A stretch of 64,000 nt of DNA from Alphaproteobacteria bacterium (GCA_964291675.2 OZ219866.1:2976001-3040000); one strand, 5' to 3'; shown: positions 38,591 through 47,137, numbered from the stretch's first letter. Made by a program: numbers and translations. The notes: generated by a model not told the origin, from the sequence alone.

Positions 38591-38616
38591 AGGGAGCGGG
38601 GCGGCGCGCCCCGCGG

Positions 38617-39933
38617 TCAGATCAGCCCGTGCCCGGCGCGGCGGCGCTCGGCGAGGTGGCGGCGCCATTGGCCCTCGAAGCTGTCCGCGCGCGGCGCCGG
38701 CGGGGCGAAGCGGTCGCCGATCCCCATCGCCAGGTAGCGGAACGCGTCCGCGCCGTGGCTGAAGCGGTCGTGCACCGGCCGGTCGCCGAGCCCGCCGGTG
38801 GCGGGGTCGATTTCCGCCCGGTAGCGGCGCAGGCACTCGATGCCGGCCTCGGCGCGCTCGGCGTCGAACCAGCAGCGCGGCAGGATCGCGCGCACCGCGT
38901 TGATGCCGTCCTCGATGCGGTGGCGCGGCACGATGGCGAACCGGATGCCGAGCCGCCGCGCCTGCTCCTCGCGCGTCCGCCCGGTGCCGAGCTCGCGGGC
39001 CAGCGCGTCGGGCGGCGCGTAGTGGCGGCCATAGACATAGCCGCGCTCGGCGGCGCGTTCCTGCAGCAGCCCGGCATAGTGGTCGAGCCCCTCCCCCTCC
39101 GCCTCGTAGTAGTCGAGCAGGTGGATCTCGGGCCCGGCGAGCTGGGCGAACCAGATCGCCGTCGGGTCGCCGATGCCGAGATCCCAGGCGGTGTCGACCG
39201 GCAGCGCCGGGTCGTGCGGCACCGCGCGGATACGCCCCGAGCGCCGGGCGTCGGCCATCGCCCGGCCGTAATAGGCGCCCTTGACCGCCGCCTCGAAGGA
39301 GCACTCGAACTCCTGGGCGTACTCCTCGCGCGTCATGTCGCGGCGCGCGGCGGCGAGCTCCTGCGCCGGCAGCACGCCACTCGCCGATGCCGGGAACAGC
39401 GCCGCGTACCAGGTCGCATCGGCGCGGGCCGCGCGGTACATGCGCCAGAACGCGTCATGCCCCTTGGGCGTGCCGATGAAGATCGCCCAGCCCTCGCGGT
39501 CGGCGAGCGCCGGGCGGATCACCTCGCCCCACATGTCGGGGTTCATCTGCGCGTACTCGTCGAGCACCGCGCCGTCGAGATAGATGCCGCGCAGCGAATC
39601 CGGGTTGTCGGCGCCGTAGAGCTGGATGCGCGCGCCGTTGGGGAGGTCGACCCGGAGCTCGGTCTCGCTCACCTTGCGGCCCGGCACCGCGGACGTGTAG
39701 TGCTTGAGATAGTCCCACGCGACCCGCTTGGCCTGGCGGTAATAGGGCGCGATATAGGCAAACCGCGGGCGCGGGCGCCGCGCGCGGATGGCGTGGTCGA
39801 TCAGCTCGTTGACGCAGAGCACCGTCTTGCCGAAGCGGCGGTGGCAGACCAGCACGCTGAACCGGGCGAGGCTGCGGTGGATGTCGGCCTGCAGCGGGCG
39901 CGACCGGTAGCCGGTGCTAATTTTCTCGGTCAC
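38617..39933 (-). CDS. terL: Terminase large subunit
   Basis: CHRRFGKT (Walker A), LRGIYLDGAVLDEYA (Walker B), IGTPKG, AWDLGIGD, SHGADAFRY. Confidence 0.95.
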   Translation of the reverse strand: MTEKISTGYRSRPLQADIHRSLARFSVLVCHRRFGKTVLCVNELIDHAIRARRPRPRFAYIAPYYRQAKRVAWDYLKHYTSAVPGRKVSETELRVDLPNGARIQLYGADNPDSLRGIYLDGAVLDEYAQMNPDMWGEVIRPALADREGWAIFIGTPKGHDAFWRMYRAARADATWYAALFPASASGVLPAQELAAARRDMTREEYAQEFECSFEAAVKGAYYGRAMADARRSGRIRAVPHDPALPVDTAWDLGIGDPTAIWFAQLAGPEIHLLDYYEAEGEGLDHYAGLLQERAAERGYVYGRHYAPPDALARELGTGRTREEQARRLGIRFAIVPRHRIEDGINAVRAILPRCWFDAERAEAGIECLRRYRAEIDPATGGLGDRPVHDRFSHGADAFRYLAMGIGDRFAPPAPRADSFEGQWRRHLAERRRAGHGLI

Positions 39934-40246
39934 GTTCGATCCCCGTATCGACGATCTCGGCCAGCCGGTCGGCGGCGATGCCCCCGTCCCCGCCCTGGCC
40001 CAGGATCAGCCGGCCCAGCAGGCCGGCCATGGTGGCGTTGCGCTCGGCGAGCGCGAATTGCGAGCGCCGGATGCGCACCCGCCCGCACAGCGCGCCGTCG
40101 GCCCAGGCGCGCCGAAGCGCCGGGTCGGCGAGCGCGCGGGCGAACGCATCCGCCGGCACGCCGAGCCAGGCGGCCGCCTCGGCCTCGGTGCAGCCGATCG
40201 CCGCCAGCTCGGCGAGCGCGTCGGCGTCGATGCTCGAACCCGTCAA
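39917..40246 (-). CDS. Terminase small subunit-like protein
   Basis: HTH-like LAAIGCTEAEAAAWLGV, RIRRSQFALA..NATM..LLGRLILGQ; TTG start after GAGGA; overlaps terL. Confidence 0.7.
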   Translation of the reverse strand: MTGSSIDADALAELAAIGCTEAEAAAWLGVPADAFARALADPALRRAWADGALCGRVRIRRSQFALAERNATMAGLLGRLILGQGGDGGIAADRLAEIVDTGIERDREN

Positions 40247-40280
40247 GATCGCGTCCTCGTTCGGTTGTCGGGATGTCGGG

Positions 40281-40425
40281 CCACGAAAAAGGGCGCCGGT
40301 CTCTCCGGCGCCCCATTTCGCGACTGTGGCAAATCTACCCCAAAACGCGTCCCATGTCAAGCGAAAAATACGTTATAGGGAAATTTTTTCGGAACCCCTT
40401 GGAATCCCGGGGGTTTCTTGCCGGT
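40281..40425 (-). promoter_or_regulatory. Promoter + intrinsic terminator unit R1
   Basis: -35 TTGACA (40360-40355), 17 bp, -10 TAGATT (40337-40332), then GGGCGCCGG-AGAGA-CCGGCGCCC-TTTTT. Confidence 0.88.
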
Positions 40426-40469
40426 GCCAATTCGGGCGGCGGAGCGGGCGGTTGTCCCTCGATACGCCC

Positions 40470-40756
40470 CGTCATGCCCGGACTCGTTGCACCGCTGCCC
40501 GGTTCAGCCTTCGATGCGGGCCGAACCCGGCCCTCTTCGCCCCGCCCCTCGACGCCCGGATCGAGTCCGGACATGACGGGAGGCGGAGTGATGGCGATGG
40601 GGCGGGCCGCGCCCGGCTCTCCCTGCTCCTCCTCCGCCACCACCCCGTCATGGCCGGACTCGATCCGGCCATCCACACGGCCTCTCCGCCCGCATGACGG
40701 TCCGACGGGAGGGTGGCAGCGCTCATGGATGCCCGGATCGAGTCCGGGCATGACGG
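40470..40756. repeat. REP family 1 cluster between R1 and R2
   Basis: Two CGTC-type pairs. Confidence 0.82.
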
Positions 40757-40784
40757 GGGAGGAGGCCGGTTGCCCCCCGTCTCC

Positions 40785-40928
40785 GCCACGAAAAAGGGCG
40801 CCGGTCTCTCCGGCGCCCCATTTCGCGACTGTGGCAAATCTACCCCAAAACGCGTCCCGTGTCAAGAAAAAATACGTTAAAGGGAAAATTTTTGCCAAAC
40901 CCCCTGGAATCCCGGGGGTTTCTTGCCG
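40785..40928 (-). promoter_or_regulatory. Promoter + terminator unit R2
   Basis: TTGACA 40865-40860, 17 bp, TAGATT 40842-40837, same hairpin and T tract. Confidence 0.88.
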
Positions 40929-41012
40929 CCTCCGAAGCGCCACCGGACCGACGCCGGAGCAGCGAACGGCGATTACCCGGGAGGCGTCCGGAAGCGGTGG
41001 CGGAACCGTGAT

Positions 41013-41663
41013 CTACGAAAACAGGCGTTCTAGTTCTTCGAGCACCTGCAAGTGTCGTTTCGTCGTCAATGGCGCTGAACAGAAATAGCGTTCAGCCTCC
41101 ACGGACGTCCCCTCGCGACGTTCAATGATGAATTTCGGGATTGCCTCGGATTTTGATGCGAATTCAATTGTGAGCGCGCTGAACGCTGCTGCACTCACGT
41201 CCCGGTGTTCGTTCACGCCGGATAAAATGACATTTGCAATCTTGTCGTACTTGGCGAGCATATTCGCTGCCGGTTTCTCGAATTCGACAACGACCTCGCT
41301 CGAGTAGAGCGACTTCTTATGGATCCGCCTGCATCCGTAATGCTGGACCAGCCAGTCTATCAGGTCCGCGAAAAATGCTTCCGCATGCCCTGTCTCGTAT
41401 GCTCGAACGACTACTCCGTCATTGTGGATAGACAAGCGGTGGATCGTGGCTTCTCCCAACTCTGTCTGGAAGAACCCCAACTCGTACACAAGCCCGTTTC
41501 TTTCCAGTTCGGTGTGGGACGACAGCCTGGGCAAGGTGCCGAAATTGTATCGTTGGCCGATGGCAATGAGAATTTGGCGTTCATTTAGCCCGTCCATGGG
41601 GGTGAACGACTCAAGAGGGAAAAGCGATACCAAGGTTCCGGACGAGAAAGCTATGATTTTCAC
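41013..41663 (-). CDS. Hypothetical protein (cargo, lower GC)
   Basis: 216-aa globular-looking ORF, GTGA overlap with the upstream HTH gene. Confidence 0.7.
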   Translation of the reverse strand: MKIIAFSSGTLVSLFPLESFTPMDGLNERQILIAIGQRYNFGTLPRLSSHTELERNGLVYELGFFQTELGEATIHRLSIHNDGVVVRAYETGHAEAFFADLIDWLVQHYGCRRIHKKSLYSSEVVVEFEKPAANMLAKYDKIANVILSGVNEHRDVSAAAFSALTIEFASKSEAIPKFIIERREGTSVEAERYFCSAPLTTKRHLQVLEELERLFS

Positions 41664-42166
41664 GGAGCTGACCTTGCGATACTCGGCAACCTTGCCGCAT
41701 CGGCCTGCGACGGTTTAGGCGGTATTTCCGCCAACGCACTGTTGGGCCGAATCCGCCGATCCCTCACTCCTTCTTCGTGCTTCACCGCTCTTGAGCGCTG
41801 CGCGGGGGCGAGGGATCGGACCAGATCCTCAGATCGGTAATTCCTCGCGGCGCGCTGCAAGTACGGCTCGGATCGAGGCCGCAACTCCTCGCGACAGATA
41901 CCGACCAGCAGCTCGCTGACGGTATCCAGCGTCCAGTTGCCCGGCGATCCGAGCAGCCTGGTGACGCGAGCCGGCTCGAGCCCGAGGCGCCGCGCGAGCT
42001 TTGCCTTGGTCAACCCGTCCCGTTCGGCCGCCTCGTGGAACCGCCGCAGAACGTAGTCGTAGAAGCTGTTCCTCACCCGCTCGTTGAGATAGCCGAGCGC
42101 GTAGTCCGAGAGCGGCTCGTCGCCCGCGATCTCAGATTTCACTGGAATTTGTCGAAACGTAGTCAC
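41660..42166 (-). CDS. XRE-family HTH protein (antitoxin-like)
   Basis: GLTKAKLARRLGLEPARVTRLLGSPGNWTLDTVSELL. Confidence 0.8.
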   Translation of the reverse strand: MTTFRQIPVKSEIAGDEPLSDYALGYLNERVRNSFYDYVLRRFHEAAERDGLTKAKLARRLGLEPARVTRLLGSPGNWTLDTVSELLVGICREELRPRSEPYLQRAARNYRSEDLVRSLAPAQRSRAVKHEEGVRDRRIRPNSALAEIPPKPSQADAARLPSIARSAP

Positions 42167-42674
42167 GGCAGCTTCCTCCTGTCAGCGGCACCGCGCCGGG
42201 AAGGGCGGCATTCCAGCGCTCGTTCGTCTCGATGAGGGCCAGCTCGTACTCCAGCGAATCCCGCTTGCCGAGCGGCCTCCGGCCGCCGAACCGAACCGAC
42301 CTGGGCTCCCACGAGAGGGCAACGAACGTGTCGGCGCAGGGAAACCTTCCAAACACGCGCAAGCCGGGGTTCGGGTCGCGGCTCCTGATTTCCCAGGTTC
42401 CGTCCGCGGGCGGATCCATGAGCGCCAGGAATGCGCTTCCGTGCTCGAACGGCGTCATGCTCAGCGTCACGTGCTCGCCTTTGACAAACGATTCCAGGTC
42501 TCCCTGAAGCCGGCCGACCCGCCGCCCCCAAGCCTCGACCCGCTCGGAAATGTCATCGGCGAGCCGAGGATGGAGAAGCACGGAACGGACCGCCTCGTCA
42601 CTGTCGAACTCCGGCACGAATGCGCGAAGGCGACCCGTTACGATCGCAGCCTCGATACTCTCTGCTATTGACAT
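42132..42674 (-). CDS. RelE/Gp49-like toxin candidate
   Basis: GTWEIRS..PGLRVFGRF..DTFVAL; upstream of HTH gene. Confidence 0.6.
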   Translation of the reverse strand: MSIAESIEAAIVTGRLRAFVPEFDSDEAVRSVLLHPRLADDISERVEAWGRRVGRLQGDLESFVKGEHVTLSMTPFEHGSAFLALMDPPADGTWEIRSRDPNPGLRVFGRFPCADTFVALSWEPRSVRFGGRRPLGKRDSLEYELALIETNERWNAALPGAVPLTGGSCRDYVSTNSSEI

Positions 42675-42784
42675 TTAAGTCAACTGGATCGCGCTTGGCC
42701 TGGACCGCCGAACAAGGTAGCACGATGGATGAGCGGACGCCGAAGCCCGCCTCGTCCGCCCGGGCCCCCCCGTTCCCCCGCCAG

Positions 42785-42928
42785 CAAAAAGGGCGCCGGT
42801 CCCTCCGGCGCCCCATTTGTCGACTGTGACAAACCTACCCCAAAACGCGTCCCATGTCAAGCGAAAAATGCGTTAAAGGGAAATTTTTTGCGTAACCCCC
42901 TGGAATTCCGGGGGTTTCTTGCCGGTGC
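42785..42928 (-). promoter_or_regulatory. Promoter + terminator unit R3
   Basis: TTGACA 42860-42855, 17 bp, TAGGTT 42837-42832, hairpin GGGCGCCGG-AGGGA-CCGGCGCCC-TTTTT. Confidence 0.86.
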
Positions 42929-43058
42929 CGACTCGGGCTGCGGGGCGGGCGACTGTCCCTCGATACGCCCCCATCGGCATTTCGACCAAGCGGAGCGAGC
43001 CCCGGCACTGACAAATCCGGCGACAGGGCAGGAAGATATCCACAGATCGAACGGCAAG

Positions 43059-43304
43059 CTAGCCAAACAGCTTGATGAGCGTGATTGCGAGCCCGATCCC
43101 GATAACGGAGGCGGCAACGACGCCGCCGAGCACCCATGCCTTGGTCGCCATGGTGTTTTCGATACCCCTGATCCGTTCGTCAATCCGGGCTAGCTGGATT
43201 TCCAATGCCCGCAAGCGAGCGTCGATGCCATCTCCGTTCGACCCGCCGGCATGCACCAAGGATGCCGATGGAGTCGCCGTGGGATGTGGACGGACCGACG
43301 CCAT
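43059..43304 (-). CDS. Small coiled-coil + C-terminal TM protein (cargo)
   Basis: IDARLRALE..LARIDERIRGIE..MATKAW then TM; TGATG coupling. Confidence 0.7.
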   Translation of the reverse strand: MASVRPHPTATPSASLVHAGGSNGDGIDARLRALEIQLARIDERIRGIENTMATKAWVLGGVVAASVIGIGLAITLIKLFG

Positions 43305-43570
43305 CACGCCCTGACCTTGGAGAGCCATTCCCAAAGGTCGTTTCGATTGAATCCGAAATAGGCAGAGATCTCGAGAACGATACCGAGACGACTGTCGGCG
43401 TCCGTGGCAACCCCGACGGTCCTGGCCACGTCCGATGTCAGGACGATCCCTTCGGGTGCGACGAATGCCACCCTCTCGTCCAGAATGAAGTGCCTGCCGG
43501 GCCAGTTCTGCTTTATCGCTTCCCATGCGCCGGCGTCCGGCTGATTGAGATAGACGGCGAAGGTACTCAT
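43304..43570 (-). CDS. Small hypothetical protein (cargo)
   Basis: 88 aa MSTFAVYL..YFGFNRNDLWEWL; alpha/beta pattern. Confidence 0.7.
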   Translation of the reverse strand: MSTFAVYLNQPDAGAWEAIKQNWPGRHFILDERVAFVAPEGIVLTSDVARTVGVATDADSRLGIVLEISAYFGFNRNDLWEWLSKVRA

Positions 43571-43710
43571 CCGGCGACCCTTTCCCGTCGGCGCGTAAAC
43601 CCTAGATAGGGGCCGTTTCGCGGTCAACAACCCTGGCTGGCACCGGAGGTCGAAGCCGCCTCGATGTGTACGGTGCGCGGTGCGCGCCTTCGTCTCCGCT
43701 CCCCGCCCGG

Positions 43711-43851
43711 CAAAAAGGGCGCCGGTCTCTCCGGCGCCCCATTTGTCGACTGTGACAAATCTACCCCAAAACGCGTCCCATGTCAAGCAAAAAATGCGTT
43801 AAAGGGAAATTTTTTGCGGAACCCCCTGGAATCCCGGGCGTTTCTTGCCGG
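43711..43851 (-). promoter_or_regulatory. Promoter + terminator unit R4
   Basis: TTGACA 43786-43781, 17 bp, TAGATT 43763-43758, same hairpin. Confidence 0.88.
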
Positions 43852-43924
43852 CTGCGATTGGGGACGTTCCGTCGCTATCCAGGGTGAGGGCTCTATCGAG
43901 CGGCGGCCCGATCGAGGAGGGGGC

Positions 43925-44395
43925 CTACGCGCTCGTCCGGACTTGGGGGCGAGGCGGGTCCGGGAGGGCGATGGATACCGACCCCGTCATCCCGTTGTAG
44001 AGCATCGTCACATGGCGCAGGAGCGCGCGGCCGATGAGTGCGCCGTGCGGCTGCCCGCCCGCATGGAGGTGCACGCCCGCGAACCTGCCGGAGACGGCCA
44101 GGTCCAGGATGGGGATGAATATCTGGGCCAGATGGACATTGACCTCTCCGGCCCCGTGCACCCCGGATACTTGCACACGATCGATGGCCGGCAAGCCGAC
44201 CGCCGCCGCGATGGAAGAGTCTATGCAGCTTTCCCCTGCCCCCGTATCGACCAGAGCACGGTGCTCGGCCTGCGGCAGGTTCGGGTTCCCGCCGGCACGG
44301 TAGTCGGGATCGAAGCCGATCCGCACCCGGAGCGTGGGGCCGAACCTGACCAGGGCATAGGGTTGCCCTGCGAACCCGCACTCAGCTTGCGGCAT
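43925..44395 (-). CDS. Retropepsin-like (clan AA) aspartyl protease (cargo)
   Basis: ALVDTGA catalytic motif, ALIGRALL. Confidence 0.85.
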   Translation of the reverse strand: MPQAECGFAGQPYALVRFGPTLRVRIGFDPDYRAGGNPNLPQAEHRALVDTGAGESCIDSSIAAAVGLPAIDRVQVSGVHGAGEVNVHLAQIFIPILDLAVSGRFAGVHLHAGGQPHGALIGRALLRHVTMLYNGMTGSVSIALPDPPRPQVRTSA

Positions 44396-44651
44396 CCACC
44401 GCAACCGGGTTGTAGAGCGCCGAGGCGGGTAGCGTGATCGGCGGAGCGCCGATCTCCCTGATCAAGTACGGCCCTGCCCCGAACCGCTCGACCGCCTGCG
44501 CGGCGGCGTCCTCGAACGTGTCGTAGAGGCCCGCCAGCTCCCCGCCATGCACGATCGCCCACTTGCCCAGGTGATCCGTCTCGAGCGCGTTGCGCATGCC
44601 TTCATAGGCAGCGATCTCCCTGGTCAGCGCAGGTGCCTCCGCATCCGCCAT
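44382..44651 (-). CDS. DUF5678-like small protein (cargo, partner of the protease)
   Basis: EIAAYE..L..DHLGKWAIVHGGELAGLYDTFEDA..A..RFG.GPYLIREIG. Confidence 0.72.
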   Translation of the reverse strand: MADAEAPALTREIAAYEGMRNALETDHLGKWAIVHGGELAGLYDTFEDAAAQAVERFGAGPYLIREIGAPPITLPASALYNPVAVDAAS

Positions 44652-44763
44652 ACGAGCCCTCCTTCCGGGACTGCGGGGAAGACCGCAACCCCTTGGCACG
44701 GGAAAACAATAGGATATCGCGGGGCACAAGCATATCCCGCCGTGAAGCCGACCGGGCACCCGC

Positions 44764-44850
44764 CCACGAAAAAAGGCGCCGGTCCCTCCGGCGCCCCATT
44801 TCTCGACTATGAAAAATATAGTCGAAAACGCGTCCCGTGTCAAGCAAAAA
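44764..44850 (-). promoter_or_regulatory. Promoter + terminator unit R5 (short, abuts regulator stop codon)
   Basis: TTGACA 44843-44838, 17 bp, TATATT 44820-44815, hairpin GGCGCCGG-AGGGA-CCGGCGCC-TTTTTT. Confidence 0.86.
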
Positions 44851-45438
44851 TTATCCGAAGTCGTCGTTCTCCTGCTCCTCCTCGTCCGTCCGCTCTGCCG
44901 GGTCCATGCGCACGGCCGAGGAATTGCGGGTCTCGGGGTACGGCGCGTCGACCCAGCCGGCAAGCTCGGCGTAGCGGTGCAGCGCGGCCCGGACGTGCTC
45001 GACCGCCGAGCCGTGGCGCATGCGGTACCAGCCCTCGACCTGGCGCAGCCCGTGATTGTCGATCACCACGTCGAGGATGAGCTGGAGCCGCGTGGTGCGC
45101 ACCGCGCCGGCGGCGACGGTGACCGCCATCTCGCGCGCCCAGGGCCGGTAGCGCAGCCGCCAGGCCAGCTCCTCCGCCGGGGTGAGCCGGTCGATGGGGT
45201 CGGTGAACATGGCGCGGCGCCGGCGCTGGGCGATGGGCGCGGCCGGGCGCGCGGCGGGGAACAACCCGCGGCCGAACGCCTCCCAGACCCGGCGGATCTC
45301 GAGCGCCGCGCGGAGCTGGCCGGCGCAGAGCCGGCCGTCGCGCCCCAGCCGGGCGACGATGTCGCGGCGCAGCTTGCGCAGCGTCTCGGGGGTCGGCCCG
45401 GCATCCCGGGGTGCGGCGGCTTCGGTTTCGGGTTCCAT
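44851..45438 (-). CDS. DUF6456-like protein, candidate Q/GafZ-type antiterminator
   Basis: IVARLGRDGRL..GQLRAA; C-terminal sigma4-like LILDVVIDNHGLRQVE..R.G.A..VRAALHRYA; lies right before a promoter-terminator. Confidence 0.6.
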   Translation of the reverse strand: MEPETEAAAPRDAGPTPETLRKLRRDIVARLGRDGRLCAGQLRAALEIRRVWEAFGRGLFPAARPAAPIAQRRRRAMFTDPIDRLTPAEELAWRLRYRPWAREMAVTVAAGAVRTTRLQLILDVVIDNHGLRQVEGWYRMRHGSAVEHVRAALHRYAELAGWVDAPYPETRNSSAVRMDPAERTDEEEQENDDFG

Positions 45439-45460
45439 GCTGTGCTCCTTCTGCGAATTG

Positions 45461-45907
45461 TCAGCCGGCGCGGCGGCGGGCCGGCGGGCGGACGCTCGGC
45501 CCGGCCGCGAAGGCGCCCGGCAGCGGGTCGATCCCGGGATAGCGGATGCGGGTGCCGGCCGCCCGGGCGGCGCGGATCAGGTCGGGGATCGACGCCGGCG
45601 CGCCGTCGAGCGCGTAGCCGGCGACGGTCGCGGTGACCCTCCCGCCGAGCGTCTCCAGCGCCCGGCGCAGCGGCGGCGAGGGCAGCGGCGGCGCCTCGCC
45701 CTCGCCGTCGTCCTCCGGCCAGGCCATATCCGGCGCCGGCGCCGGCGGGGCGGCGCAGCGCCATTCGTCCAGCGCCGCTTCGAGCGCCGCGGCGGGGCGC
45801 GCGAAGGTCCATTCGAGGAAGCCGAGCTCGATGCCGCTCGCCGCCAGCAGGAGGAGACGCCGGCGCTCCCCCGGGGAGAACGGAAGGCGCTTGCGATCTT
45901 CTTCCAT
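45461..45907 (-). CDS. Hypothetical protein, possible DNA-binding co-regulator
   Basis: AGGAG RBS; N-terminal FSPGERRRLLLLAASG helix pattern; first gene of the divergent operon. Confidence 0.55.
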   Translation of the reverse strand: MEEDRKRLPFSPGERRRLLLLAASGIELGFLEWTFARPAAALEAALDEWRCAAPPAPAPDMAWPEDDGEGEAPPLPSPPLRRALETLGGRVTATVAGYALDGAPASIPDLIRAARAAGTRIRYPGIDPLPGAFAAGPSVRPPARRRAG

Positions 45908-46008
45908 ATGCGCTATCTCCTTCTCATATCTGACGCCTGTAGTTTGCATGAAAAGAAAACTCTGTCAAGTAGCAATACGCCGAAGGATGCAATTTCTGGG
46001 TGAGGACC
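45908..46008. promoter_or_regulatory. Divergent promoter/operator region
   Basis: AT-rich; minus-strand TTGACA (45968-45963); inverted TTGCAT (45944-45949) / ATGCAA (45987-45992). Confidence 0.55.
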
Positions 46009-46641
46009 ATGGCCGAAAGACCTGACGGAATCGCGATCTCCAACCGTATCCGGCAATGGCGCAAGCGGCGCGGGCTGACGCTCCAGGTGCTGGCCGGGCG
46101 GCTCGGCACCTCGGCCGGCCATCTGCACAAATGGGAGACCGGCAAGGTGTCGATCACGCTCGACCGGCTGGGCGAGGTGGCCACCGCGCTGGAGTGCAAC
46201 GTGCTCGACCTGGTCGAGGGGCTGGCCAACGTGCCGGTGGTCGGCCGGGTCGGCGCGGGCTCCGAGGTGCATGCCGTCGACGACCACGCGATGGGCCAGG
46301 GAACCCGCCAAGTGCGCTGCCCCAACGGGCTCGACGCCCAGCAGACGGTGGCGGTCGAGGTGGTCGGCGATTCGATGCTGCCGATCGAGGAGGGCTGGCT
46401 GCTGTTCTACACCCGCGACTACCAGGGGGTGCCGACGGAATGCCTCGGCAAGCTGTGCGTGGTGCAGCTCGCCGAGGACGGGCCGCGCTACGTCAAGCGG
46501 CTCAAGCCGGGGCGGCAGAACGGGCTGTTCAACCTGTACAGCACCAACGCCCGCGAGATGGAGGACATGGCGCTCGCCTGGGCCGCGCCGGTGCTGGACG
46601 CGCGCCCGCCCGTGCCCGGCGAGAGCGGCGCCCGGGGCTGA
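46009..46641 (+). CDS. CI/LexA-like repressor (XRE HTH + S24 peptidase)
   Basis: NRIRQWRKRRGLTL..LA..LGTS..WETG; VGRVGAG cleavage site, GDSM Ser, YVKR Lys. Confidence 0.92.
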   Translation: MAERPDGIAISNRIRQWRKRRGLTLQVLAGRLGTSAGHLHKWETGKVSITLDRLGEVATALECNVLDLVEGLANVPVVGRVGAGSEVHAVDDHAMGQGTRQVRCPNGLDAQQTVAVEVVGDSMLPIEEGWLLFYTRDYQGVPTECLGKLCVVQLAEDGPRYVKRLKPGRQNGLFNLYSTNAREMEDMALAWAAPVLDARPPVPGESGARG

Positions 46642-46747
46642 AAGGAATTCCCGGAAAGCGTAAATCGGGCATCGCGGGATTTATTCGATAGGGGAATTCG
46701 CCCCGCCGCGACGGCCGCGCGGGCCGGGCGAATCGGCTCGCCCCCGC

Positions 46748-47030
46748 CCGTCATGCCCGGACTTGATCCGGGCACCAACAGGTGCCGCCGGCACAACGCC
46801 CCGTCGGTTGAGGCGGCGGCACCAGTGGGTGGCCGGATCGAGTCCGGCCATGGGTGCCCGGATCACCCCCGGACTTGATCCGGGGGCCGGGCATGGCGAT
46901 GGGGGAGCCGGGGCGGTGGAACAAGACGACGCGGCGGGCGCGCCGCGATCCCTGCCCCGATCCAGACCGGACAGCAGTCGAACCGGCCCGGCCATGACGT
47001 GGCGGGGCAGGGCGCGTATCGAGAGACGCC
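46748..47030. repeat. REP family 1 cluster
   Basis: Nested CGTC-type units with an ACCGGACAGCAGT module. Confidence 0.82.
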
Positions 47031-47137
47031 TCGCCGCGACGGTTCCATGCGGCGCGCATATGCTCTAAGACGAAGCGCCGGAACCGCGCGGCACGGCGCG
47101 GCCGGGCGAGGGCACGGTTTCCGCGAGGGGGAGGGAC

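Larger units (their letters stand above)
25121..46641 (-). mobile_element. Podovirus-like prophage remnant / candidate gene transfer agent cluster
   Basis: Ordered head and short-tail genes with a regulatory module; no integrase, att, replication or endolysin seen; host-like GC and REP-filled spacers. Confidence 0.85.

Noticed and set aside
27665-39304. Apparent giant ORFs 27665-30307 and 36644-39304
   Set aside because: Their 5' parts overlap the nozzle and terL genes in other frames; real starts with RBS or coupling are at 28609 and 38425
40281-44850. CRISPR array or classical integron interpretation of the five repeats
   Set aside because: Repeats are 85-145 bp with 0.3-1.9 kb gene-bearing intervals; no cas genes, no IntI integrase and no attC RYYYAAC..GTTRRRY structure seen
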